From: Blepharisma stoltei ATCC 30299
Taxonomy: Eukaryota > Protista > Ciliophora
NCBI GenBank assembly: GCA_965603825.1
Contig: CBFDEM010000009.1
Location: 186,001 to 250,000, forward strand
Direction: 5' to 3'
DNA: 64,000 nucleotides
Position 1 is the first letter of the stretch, and every line of letters begins with the position of its first letter. Both the position numbers and the translations under genes were made by a program. Below, in pieces: positions 14,052 to 25,477 of this stretch. The notes under the pieces are model-generated. The model ran no database searches and had not been told where the DNA came from. It saw nothing but the letters and a program-made list of their open reading frames with translations.

Positions 14052-16238
14052 ATGCAATTCTCTATCATATTAATCCTTTCTGTTCTGCTCAAACTTGCAT
14101 TAGGTTTCAAATATATTCGACTTTCAGATAGACTTTCTCTCGGGTTTGAATTCAACCTCACAAGTGTTCGATTCAGTTTTATTGTAATTTCTATATAGTG
14201 CGATGCTGGGTGATGTGGAATTGGGTTTGGTACCGATATGATTCACACTGATATGATAGTTGTAATGGCTAATAATAATGGTGAACCGCCCACCAAAATG
14301 GACTTATTCGCAATAGAAGAGGCTACTCCTCCTACAGATGAATCATTAGGTGGTCGAGATGATTTATTTCTCGAAGATTGAAGCTACACAGAGACTGGCT
14401 TTACTGCAGTTGTTTCGAGACTTTTGATAACTGGCGATACATTTGATCATATAATAAAGCCTAATTCAGAGATGGACATGATTTGTGCAACCCAAAAAAA
14501 AGACAGTTGAACAGAGCATGATTTTAGCGGTAATTTTTAAGCAGTACATTATAAAATCAATTTAGATCCAAATGATATGTGGCTTGATCTTGTTGCTGAG
14601 GACTCTAAGACCAGCAAAATATTTCATAGATGCCTGATGCTTATACTGTGGACTTATGCAGTACCTATTGGAATTGCTTTTGCACGATATTTTAAGTGGC
14701 TTGGGCATCTGTGACTTGTTGGACATTTAGTATGCACAATTCCAGCAATCTGAATGACATGGTGGAATTCAAGCAAAAAATATAAAGAAACCAAGCCTAC
14801 AATACCTATTATCGATGATTATGATCGATGCCATGATATGCTAGGGCTTGTTCTTTTGTCATTATTGATGGCAGAAGGTCTATTAGGAATATTTTCCATT
14901 GTCACAAAGTGGTATGGAAAAAATGCTTACTTTATATCATATACACGTAAATTACATCAATTTATTGGCTGGACGTTATATATAGCAGGAATTTTAAATA
15001 ACGGGATTTATGACTTGCAGCTAATCTATGACTATTCCCATCAGATGGATCTTGTTTTTATGTTTTTCATCGTTTTCTTGCTCGTATTGCTTGAGTCAAG
15101 GCATCGCCTTAGCCCATTTTTGCCTTTTATGAACTTTTTCATTAAGAAAAAGCTGCTTGAAATAAGCCATTTAAAAGTGATTGAAGATATTAATGAAAAT
15201 GGCAAAGAATATGTGTTTTTTGATGAAAATGTCCTTGATATATCTACTTTCCAATACAGTCATCCTGGAGGCGCTACACTTTTCAAGAATATCAAAGGAG
15301 AGGACATAGGAAAATATTTAGTAGGATGCAGCAATAAAAATTTTCTAAACCCATATACACACTCACCTATAGCTATGAAAATTGTTGATTATTTATCAAT
15401 TAATACAATTTCATATCCTGAAAATTTTTTAATCAATAAAAATAATTCAGATCAAAATAATATGATTTGAAGGATGGCTAAAAAGAGAAAAATCAGCCAC
15501 AGGACTTATATAATTACTTTTAAATCCAAAGAGTTCGAGTTGAATCCAGTATGAGAAAAAGCTGAGTGGCTTGGAAAACATTTTAAGGCTTCAATTATGG
15601 TTAAATCTTCATTAACAAATAAATATACAACTATATCAAGGTATTATAGCTGCATTTTTGTAGATTTAGATAGCTGAAAACAAGAAGTTTCTGATGAAGG
15701 GAGTGAAATAACTGAATTAACCAGAAATGATGTAAAAGGACTGAGTTTTATTATAAAAGTCTATAAAGGGGGTATTATGACTGAATACTTAAAATCACTT
15801 GCAAAAAATGAAAAAATTGCTTTAAAAGGCCCTTTAGGTCCAGGGCTGTCAGTTGATAATTTATCAGGAGAATTTATAGCAGTTGCAGGTGGCACAGGAT
15901 TAGTACCATTTTTAGATTTAGTTCACTACATTTGGGTAAATCGAAATAACCCTCATGAGTTCAAGCTTACACTTATCGTATCTTTTCGTAGGAAAAAAGA
16001 TGTCTTTGCATATGATCTTATAAGTGCTACAGAAAGAGCTGTGAATTCAAATATTTTTAAGTTCGTTTTGATTGTAAGTAGTAAAAAACAAAAGCCCTGC
16101 TTGCGAGAACTCTTGATTGAGAATGGAAAGCAAAAACCGAAAAAAGCTTGGGTTTGTGGACCATCAGGATTCAACAGTTTTGTAGCTGAAGTATTAATGC
16201 AGTCTGGATTAGAAAGACAAAATATCATCATTATGTAA
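14052..16238 (+). CDS. DOMON-cytochrome b561-cytochrome b5-FAD/NAD(P)H (FNR-like) fusion oxidoreductase, ~718 aa, two 15-nt introns
   Basis: Signal peptide; GWCGIGFG.DM..TDM (DOMON); His-bearing TM helices; VLDISTFQYSHPGG (cyt b5); RYYS, GIMTEYL, GPLG, AGGTGLVPF, VCGP (FNR family). Confidence 0.85.
14184..14198 (+). other. 15-nt spliceosomal intron GTAATTTCTATATAG
   Basis: Removes an in-frame TAG and joins the signal peptide region to the DOMON motif. Confidence 0.85.
14530..14544 (+). other. 15-nt intron GTAATTTTTAAGCAG
   Basis: Removes an in-frame TAA between DOMON and cyt b561. Confidence 0.8.
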
Positions 16239-17075
16239 ACATAAATAATTAAAGTTGAAACTCTATCATTGTGACTTTCTCAGTGTAGAGGTACAGCAAA
16301 ATATTGCCAATTAATATAACTTATTTTAAATTCTTATAGATGATATTGTTTATGCGCCCCCATTGATTGCCATTATGTGGTTATAATGATCTTAATGGAA
16401 TTCAATTGATGGGCTTCTTAGACTATATGTCTCATATTTTGAGAATCATAATTTATTGCTTTAAAATTCAAACTAGTCTAGCTGGCTAATGTAAATTTTT
16501 GAGTTAAACTGTTTTTGGAAAAATACAATTATGATTATGAGCATCAATAAATCAAGAATAGGGGCCACTTTTCGACAAAAAATGGTTATGCCTTGTTACT
16601 TCTCTAGATGGATCTTTTACGGCAAAATGTATAAATTCATTTTTGAAATTGAAATTGAAATGTCAAAAATAGTTGACAAGCCTGAATAAAGTTTAAGATA
16701 GCTTTAAAGAGACAAGCTGTTTGCTAATTGATTGCTACATTTTATTTTTTCAATTTTATCTGTTAATTTAAATATTTTAATATTTATAAAAATAACATTT
16801 AAAATATTCTAGCACCTAAGCCGGCTTTTTTTTTATATAACTAATTGTTTATATAAATTTATTTTACGCACTTACATTGAAGCTTTACAAATATCTGATT
16901 TCTTTAGTAAGTTTTGCCTTATCTTTCTCTATATATAAAGTAATGCTACTTAATCTACCCTTGTGATTATCTTTTATAATTAAAAACGTCTTTTTGCAAA
17001 TTATTATCTATAATTTCCTTTTATTTGTAAGTGAGTATATAGGCAAGAAGAGCTATTTATTTCGTAATTTAAGCA

Positions 17076-17786
17076 TTAATCCGATTCAATTTCGACATTT
17101 ATTGCAGAAATTGATTCGTCAGCTTCAATCATAGGAGCTTGCCCTTGCATTTCTTCATTTTCTTTTCCATTTCCTTCTTCTTCTGCTTGGCTATTGTTTT
17201 GGATTTCAATTTGAGAATATTCTGGATTCGCAGTATGAGAATATTCTGGATTTGCAGTAGCAGCAGGCGTAGAGTCTGCTTTTTTGGTTACTTGATTTGA
17301 ATTCTTCTGACCTTCTGAATTACCCATCTCATTAATGACGACAATGTTGTTGTTGTAGTTGTTGTTGTAGTTATTGCCGTAACTATTATAATAAACATTA
17401 TCGTTGATAGGAATTCCAAAGCAAGTAAATATATTGAGGCAATCACAACATCTTTTAATACCACGTGAAATCCCATTGCATCAATAATCACATCATATTG
17501 AAACACCTGCAGTATTGTGAATTACCTTTTGCACGCAGTGGGCAAAGAGTATTTGATCGCAGTCTGAACATTTTGGAAATCTACACTTGCATTTACAATC
17601 CCCACTTATGTTACCAATTGCACTAGATGCTAAGCAGCATTCACACATTTTACAGCAGCAGGAGCCAATATTGGAAAATATATCGCATGGCATAGATTGG
17701 CAAATTGAGCAGCAATCAGTTGATAGGCACTTACATAAGCTTTCATTGCAGCAGATCTTCAACAAACCCTCTATTAAGTCTGCCAT
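17076..17786 (-). CDS. Cys-rich protein with Asn-rich linker and acidic tail, 236 aa
   Basis: ORFs 17493-17786 and 17076-17327 share a frame through two TGA. Many CC/CxC motifs; TANPEYS repeated twice. Confidence 0.7.
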
Positions 17787-18224
17787 TATATTTATATTTC
17801 CTATAAATTTTGATAATTTAAAAATTAATTGCCAAATTTATATTAGTCAGTTTGGTACAATCACTAAAGCCTTCATTAATAAGGTTTATTATATCATACT
17901 TAAGAGATAATTTTATTTTACTTGTAAATTCTGTTTTGTTTAATTATAAGAATAGATATATTTGTTAAAATATGACAAACCTCCTACTTAAAGCAGAAAA
18001 ACTTCTTTAAGATAAAAGCACTTTAATTCATTTTATATTTTATAGCATAAAGATTGATATATTTTAGTTATAATAACGCAGAGTATTAATTGATGATTTT
18101 ATTTAGCTTATAATTAAAAAAACATAAAATAAATTAAAATCCATTTATTCGTTTTCCCATATTTGGGATTATTGATAACTTACACCAGGTTTTCTTCGAA
18201 TCTTTATTCCCTTCCCTAGTGCTT

Positions 18225-18625
18225 CCCTGCTTGATCTCAAGCTAGTGCTTCACGAAATCGTGAAGGTTGCTCCTATCGAGGAGAGTCTGATATCAATATC
18301 CGTTATCCAAAATGATTGCGTACGTATCTCCTGATTTCACTCTGGAATCATTCCTTATTTGTCACACGCTACCTCTAGTATCTTGGCCTTTAAAGCCTAT
18401 CAGAATTATCATAGTAGCCAGATTCTTTTGGCGGTGGAAATAAACCAATCCTGACTTGGCTAACAAAAGATTAGCTTTGCTGATTGCAAATTGTCGCAAC
18501 CCAAAGAATCGGCTATTAAAGTTAAATACTTATAGCCTGATATATATACCTCTGACACTTCCCCTACCTAAGATCTCCGATCTCAGCAAGCCTCGATTAC
18601 ATTAGTTAAAAGTGTGGATCGATTT
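18225..18625. ncRNA. Candidate structured non-coding RNA or element, family not recognised
   Basis: More GC-rich than its flanks, no convincing ORF. Consecutive hairpins at 18229-18242, 18248-18265 and 18270-18283, plus a long stem 18415-18431/18501-18515 enclosing further hairpins. Confidence 0.45.
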
Positions 18626-18691
18626 GCAACATATAAAAAATTTTTTATTCAAAATTGTAACGAATTTCACAATATTTTATTTTAATCTTAA

Positions 18692-21205
18692 TTATCCTAT
18701 TAAAAAGTTCACAAAATTTGATAATTTTTGTCCAGTCAACTTACATGTTTTGCTCATTAAGTTAATTTCATTCAGTAATTTGTTCTCATAAGTAATTTTT
18801 AATACTGGAAATACAACACAGCAAGGCTTATGTTCAGGCATTGAAACTTTTTTGCCTTTTGTAAACCTTAATCGACTCGGAGCTGTGACTAGCTGATTCA
18901 CCAGAGCTTCATGACTTAGTTCTTCTGGTATCTGATCATTAACAATTGCAAAAATTATTTTCAAGGCATCAATGCAACCCAAAATTTCTGTTTTTTTCTC
19001 ATATAAACCTCTATTCATATTAACTATGAAAAAAGATCTTCCCCTTTCAACCAATCCCCTATTGAGTCAATGCTCAACTTCTTCATTAATTTCAATATTG
19101 TATAGTTTGGGAGCAGACTGTAAAGTAATAGTCTCAGCTGCTTCCTTAATTGCATTGTTGCGGTCACTTGGGTTGAGTCCTAAAACTTTTTTAAGCTTTA
19201 TTGCTTCGGATTTTATATCGTTTCGCTTTTTAAGCCTGACAAGAGCGTCTGCAGCCATACTTAAGGTTTCTCCTACCATTGGGATTAAGGTGATAGCCAT
19301 TGCGAAAAGGTTTGTCTTATAATTTGCATCGTCCAATCCAATATGCCCTCCAGAAATTGCATCAGCTTCAGTAATTGCATCATATAATTTACCATATAAA
19401 GCTGAGTAATATTGCTTGAGATAAGGATTCCCTTCTATTTCAGGATTAACTTTAAAGGCACTTTTTTCAATTTCGCTCCTATCGACTTTATTCATTGATT
19501 CGTTCTCCAATTTTTCCATGCGCTCACACACCTTTTTTAAAATAGCTGTCATCAATGCTTTTGATTCATTTACTTCTTCAGGATCTCTATTATTTGAACC
19601 TATGCAATTTCATATTTTAGAATAGATAAAATCTTCTTCTTCTTTAATGTTCTTTTTCTCTTCTCGAACCAACATTGCTACATATGGATCATCACCAGCC
19701 TCTTCTAGAATTTTCCAAAGTTTTTCTTCTTGCTTAATAATTTCGCTTTGAAATTCTCCTAAATCTCTTATAAGCTCTTCTCGCTCAGGACCTAGAACTT
19801 CATTTATGTACTCTATGTTATTTTTGTCTAAATTATTCCCCATTTTTCCAGTTCTTGCTTGATCAGCAGCCCTGTTAAGATCTTCTAAAGCTCTTTTTCT
19901 GTCACCAAGCTTATTGAGCACTCTTCCTCTATTGCAAAGATATAAAACAGATGTAGGATTAAGTCTAATTGCAGCATCTGCACATTGTAAAGCTTCTTCA
20001 AAATTTTCCATATTAAAAAGAAGTGCGCCTTTTCTGTTATGTGCGTTTGCATACGTTGGAGATTTGCTAAGAGCAGTGTTGTAGCATTTTAATGCTTTTT
20101 TGTATTCACTCATGCTGAAAAGAGCGTACCCTTTGTTATTATAAGCCTCAATATTGTCTGAATCAAGCTTTATAGCTATGTCGTAGCTTTGGATAGCATC
20201 TGCAACTCTCCCTAGTTCGAAGAGAGAGTTTCCTTTATTATTGTATAAAAGTGAGGAATCTGGACACTTTTTAATTCCATCAATATAGTATCCTAAAGCA
20301 TCTCTATATTTTCCAAGCCTATGAAGGACAAGGCCGATGTTATTATAAGCTGATGAATTATCTGGATTAGCTCTTATAGCTGCATTATAGCATTCTAAGG
20401 CTTCTTCGAATTTTCCTTGACTGTCAAGGATTGCACCTTTATTTGTATATGCTAAGGTATTTTTTGAATTTAACCTTATTGACAAATTATAAGATTCTAG
20501 CGCTTCTTCAGGCAATCCCATTCTATTAAGAGCGTTTCCTTTATTATAGTGTGCTGCTGAATCATTAGGAGAAATCCTAATTGCTGTATTAAAGCATGCC
20601 ATTGCCTCATCATTCCGATTTAATTGGAAAAGGGTGTTCCCTTTATGAAAATATGCTTGGATATATCTCTGATTTATAGAAATAGCAGCATCATAGCAAA
20701 ATAACGCCTCTTCAGGTTTTCCCATTCTCCTAAGAGCGTTCCCTTTGTAATAATAAGCTGGGGCATATCTAGAATTTATCTTAAGTGCAATATCATAGCA
20801 TTCTATAGCTTTAGGGTACTGACGTAACTTTGCACAGGAAATTCCTTTATTGTGGTGTGCAATGGAGTCTGTAGGATTTTGCTTTAAAGCTTGCTCATAG
20901 CACCTAATAGCATCTTTATATTTACCCATGTCAAATAGTGTTGCACCCTTATTTGTCCATGCGTAGACATAGGCTGGGTTTATTTGAAGGCATGCATCAT
21001 ATGCGCTGATGGCGTCTGAGAGTTTTCCTAATCTGTGGAGCACTAGCCCTTGGGAATAGAAAGCTTCGTGGCATTCTGGATTTGCTTTTATGGCATTTGT
21101 ATATAATTGCCAAGCGGCAGTTAAATTGCCTTGCTCAAAAAATACATTTCCCTGAAGTCAGTATTGGTTAGCATTGTATTGCTCCATAGTCATTTGACGA
21201 TACAT
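18692..21205 (-). CDS. TPR-repeat protein (roughly 13 repeats) with coiled coil and unknown C-terminal domain, ~837 aa
   Basis: Regular 34-aa A..NKG..L..LG..EA..CY..A...NP repeats; three ORFs joined via TGA; in-frame ATGs at 21205, 21193 and 21187. Confidence 0.85.
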
Positions 21206-21565
21206 ATTTAATTTATGATTAGATATTGCTTAAATAATTTGTAGGAAAAACAACATTGCATTCTATTTATGCAACATAAAAATTAATTATAATAAATTTA
21301 GAAAGTTACTATAATTTTATATAAAAAAAAAGTTACTAAAGAAAGATTAAATACTTAATATTTAAATAATGCTGTAATCTACAATTCATATTTTTGAAAA
21401 CTATGACAGCTTTATTAGTTTTTACAATCTGCTTTATTTTAACAGCATTAAAATAATGGATAGATTAATTAGAGCAGGAAGAATGAAATTGAGGAACTAG
21501 AAGTTTGCAATTGTTATAAAGGCTACTTAAGCTTATCAATATATTAAATAATCAATAGTTATTAA

Positions 21566-22606
21566 TTATCTCCTTGGAGCCATGGGTGTCCAAGTTCTCC
21601 AATTAATAGGTGGTTGAGGTCTTGTTCCTATGATTTCCTCAATCCTGCCCAGAACATCAGCTGTCAGTTTTCCAACAACATTAACAGCTCCTATATTGTC
21701 TTCAACTTGACTAGGCCTGGTAGCTCCAAATATCGCGCTGCTTACATCGTTATTCTTGATGCACCAAGCAATTGCTAATTGTGCTTGTGTGCATTCCAGC
21801 TCCTGACTAATTCCTGCTAACCCTTCAAACATTCTTCTAGTTTTGTCTCTGTTTTCTGGCAAGAAAAAGCTCTGCATTAATTTTCTATTCCCAGGGGTCA
21901 AATTTGGGTCTAAGATTCTTGATCCCTCTGGAAAGTTTAAATCATTGTATTTCCCAGAAAGGATTCCTCCCATTAGAGGATTGAATATTGTAGCTCCCAT
22001 TCCATAGCGTTCGTATAAAGGAACATAATCTACCTCTACCTTATTCCTGACAAACATGTTATACTTCACTTGCTCTGTGACTGGGTGTATAAACCCATAC
22101 TTGTCACAAATTTTATGGATTTCTTGGATTTCGTATGCAGAAAACTCTGAAGTTCCCCAATAATCTGCTTTTCCTTTTTCAATTAAATGGTTAACTGTTC
22201 TAACTGTTTCTTCTATAGGTGTTTCATAATCAGGTTTATGCAGATACATCACATCAACAAAATCTAGCTGAAGCCTAGATAAGGATGCTTTCATACCTTG
22301 AATCAATCTTTTTCTGGATAATCCAGTTTTTTTACCACAATTAATAAATTTGGTCGCTATAACTAAATCATCACGATTTCAGTCACCTCGCTTTAAAATA
22401 TTGCCGAAAATAGATTCTGCTGTGCCGTTTCCATACTGCTCTGCTGTGTCGAAGAAATTTATACCTGAGTCAATTGCTTTTGAGAAGCATTGAAATTGAG
22501 ACTCTTCAGCTTCTGGAGTATGCCCTGTAAGCCAGTTTCCAAATGAAAGAGCTGAAACTTTGAGACCCGAATCTCCGAGATTGCGATAAAGCATAGAGTC
22601 TTTCAT
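21566..22606 (-). CDS. Aldo-keto reductase, voltage-gated K+ channel beta-subunit (AKR6)-like, 346 aa
   Basis: YRNLGDSGLKVS, FFDTAEQYG, SLSRLQLDFVD, YWGTSEF, AQLAIAW; one internal TGA at the conserved W of 'WNRDDLVIATK'. Confidence 0.9.
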
Positions 22607-23177
22607 TTGGTGAAAAATTATAATGGGATATTGAATAATGCCAGCTTATTTTTAACTATAAAAATAAATAGCACTCGAAGCATAACAAAGTGCATTATTC
22701 AGAGATTAGAAAAATTTTTGATATTTTTAATGGAATTTGTTCAAATATTATTTGTTATGAAATGCGTTTTTTATGATTAATTATTATATACATAAATTAG
22801 AAATCCAACTTTTTTCTCGAGATTGCTTACATGAATTAAACTTATCATTTCCTAAGGAAAAATATAAAAAATTAAGCTAAATCAATTTATTTAACCTATA
22901 CCAGGATTTGCTAACTTTACCTTTAAGAATATCAAAACCAAAAGAGACAAAAAAATCTTGCTCGCTATTAAAAGGGAGTAAGATTATCCATTATATGCAA
23001 ATATTTGAATACTCAACAATCAATTATCAAAAAATCATATCAGATAGCGATTTTTTCATACTAAATAATCTAAATGCTAGCTACCATAAAATAAATATGG
23101 ACAAAATAATTAAAAGTTAATAATATCAGATAAAAATGTATTTATTTTCTTTTACATCAGAAATTTAAATATTAAAA

Positions 23178-23936
23178 ATGAATTCAAGATACAGACATAT
23201 GACTTTAAATATTGAATGCAGCAATTGTCTGGCTGATTCAATATTCACTCCACTAGACATTGCAGATTCCGCAATGCTTAAATCACCACCAAACACTCCA
23301 TTTTTAGATCTTTATGAAAAACTTAGTAAAGAATTTCACTCTTCAGGTGTCAGTCATCTTCGGCAATTTTTACTGAAAAAACTTGTAAATGATTCCTACT
23401 TATCTAAGCATTGGCCTTATAAGAAAGTTTATTCTTTATTGAACTCAATTGCCCATGTGATGCTTTTTAATGAACTAGAAGTCATCTATTGAGGTATACT
23501 GATTAATTCTACATCACCTGAAGAAAGAACAATAAGTCCTAGAATGCTATCAATATTTACAGCTTATCTAGCAAAAATTAGTATGAATGAAGATAATGAA
23601 CCTTTTGAACAGTTTATGAATATGAAATTTCCGAAATTTAGGCTTAGTTTTAATAATTGGCTTCTTATTACAAGCTGCTCAGCAGAACCTAATTTAAAAG
23701 AACTCAATAAAAAATACAACCAGCTTATATATTATTCGAAGAAAAAAAAAGAGAAAAAAGATTATACTGAAATGGTTGAATCTCTGATGAAATGCCCTGG
23801 GAAAAAAGAAGCTATTTCTTCAGAAAATGCAAGTGAAATTTCGAGTGTAGAAGATCTTGATGAAGAAATAGAAGCAGTTCAGCAAGATTTTCTAATAGAA
23901 GATAAGCTGTCACCTTTGGATATTGATGTCAGATAA
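23178..23936 (+). CDS. Hypothetical protein, 252 aa
   Basis: Two in-frame ORFs joined by TGA; ends in TAA. Confidence 0.7.
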
Positions 23937-24793
23937 ATAATAATTTAAAAAATAATCATTTCATAGCTATGGATAATGTTAAGAACTTTTGTAATTAATA
24001 TTTAAACTCTTAATAATGGAAATAAATTAAAATAAATTGCAAATTGGATCTAATTTTAGAATCAATAAAGCCAAAAATGCTTTATCAGATTTTCTAATTT
24101 AATAAGATTAATGGCTTATTTTCATACCAATCCTATTATTTAAAATTATAGCATTTAAATGAAATTCCCCTATACTTGCATAAAATTTTAAGTTAATTTT
24201 TACTATAACGATTTTCGGACATGATGATTTTTGTCATCAAAAAGTTGAAAGTTTTATCCTGAGCCGTTTAAAATAAAAAAAATAATTGGTGAGGAAATGT
24301 GCATTAGAATGAATAATTGCAGTACTGGATCTTTGGAAACTGAAGATGAAGTAGAACGGAGGCTTTTGTGTGCACAGAGCATGCAGACACACATGATTTT
24401 TTCATGAGGTTGTGAAGTCTTTGAAGTGGAAATTCTACTAATTCTTAGTTTTTGATGGACTATCTAAGATGGGGTGTGTGCAAGTGGGCATTACAATAAA
24501 AATCAAAATTTAAATTATGTGGATTTTCAATGAAAATACCTAATGAACCTAAATAATAAAGTTGCTTGGTTGCGAGCTGTTTTTGAAGCTGTTTATGTTG
24601 ATGCTATTGGCACTACTGATGGCAGGTGTTGATAATTGTAGAGATGCTAACGCAGTTATAAAGAAAGGGGAAATGCTGCAAACTAGCATTAAATAATAAA
24701 TAATAGGATAGTTGAAGTTTTAAAATATTAATCCTTTTACTTATAAAATCAAATAATTGAAATAAATATATATAATGTTCATCTTAGATTAAT

Positions 24794-25315
24794 TTATAGC
24801 GATTGGCTCTCTTCATTGCTTCAAAACAAAAGACAGTCCTTAAGACAATTTGTGTCTCTCTTGATTTTAAACTCACACACAAAAGCAGTTGTCGGTTGAT
24901 ATTCATAATAATAATTATCCAACTGGGCCACAATTTCGAAGTTTTGATTTTTATAAAAATTAACTGCGGCTTCATTGCTTGTCCACACATGAAGTGTTAT
25001 GCTGCTAATTTTGGATATTTTAGAAGCAATTTCTTTAAGATGTTCCATCATTCTGCTGCCTATTTTCATTCTTTTATAGTCAAGGGCGACATCAAAATCC
25101 ATGATATAAAGATTTGAAGTTTTATTTTTAAATCTTGCAACTAATGACCCAACACATATGTCGTCTAAATAGCATAGAAATGAATATTCTTTTCAGTCAG
25201 TCATGCAATGATACTCATATCAAAAATCGTGGGTAACATTTGAATAGCTTTGAATTTTTCGCATCTCTGTTACATTTGAGAGACTTATGTTATGGAATGT
25301 CAGATTTGATTGCAT
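24794..25315 (-). CDS. GNAT N-acetyltransferase, NAA50-like, 173 aa
   Basis: LYIMDFDV..DYKRMKIGSRMM, ITLHVWTSNEAAVNFY...F.I...DNYY; frame extended at both ends through TGA. Confidence 0.8.
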
Positions 25316-25477
25316 ATTTATAAAATATATTGACATTTTTTCTAGTTACAAATAATCTCAAGGCAAGTTTAAGCCTCAATAAGGGAGCTTAAAGAATAAT
25401 TAATGCACATTATGGCTTGTGCTATATTCATATCGTTTCAATCTAACCTAAAATATTAAAACATAAATATTAAGAAT

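Noticed and set aside
16335-16415. Possible hairpin downstream of the DOMON gene
   Set aside because: Short, interrupted, AT-rich pairing within chance expectation.
18225-18625. Telomerase RNA, U snRNA, SRP or hammerhead identity; also a protein-coding reading
   Set aside because: No 1.5x CCCTAACA template, no U1/U2 5' signatures, no SRP helix 8 and no CTGATGA core. The longest ATG-initiated frames are under 60 codons with no recognisable motif.
19610-21205. CRISPR-like or satellite array suggested by 102-nt periodicity
   Set aside because: The periodicity is explained by 34-aa TPR coding repeats.
22908-23120. 70-aa ORF between divergent genes (similarly 13485-13679 and 12498-12710)
   Set aside because: Non-ATG start or AT-rich intergenic composition, no motifs; 12498-12710 is antisense to the pseudogene.
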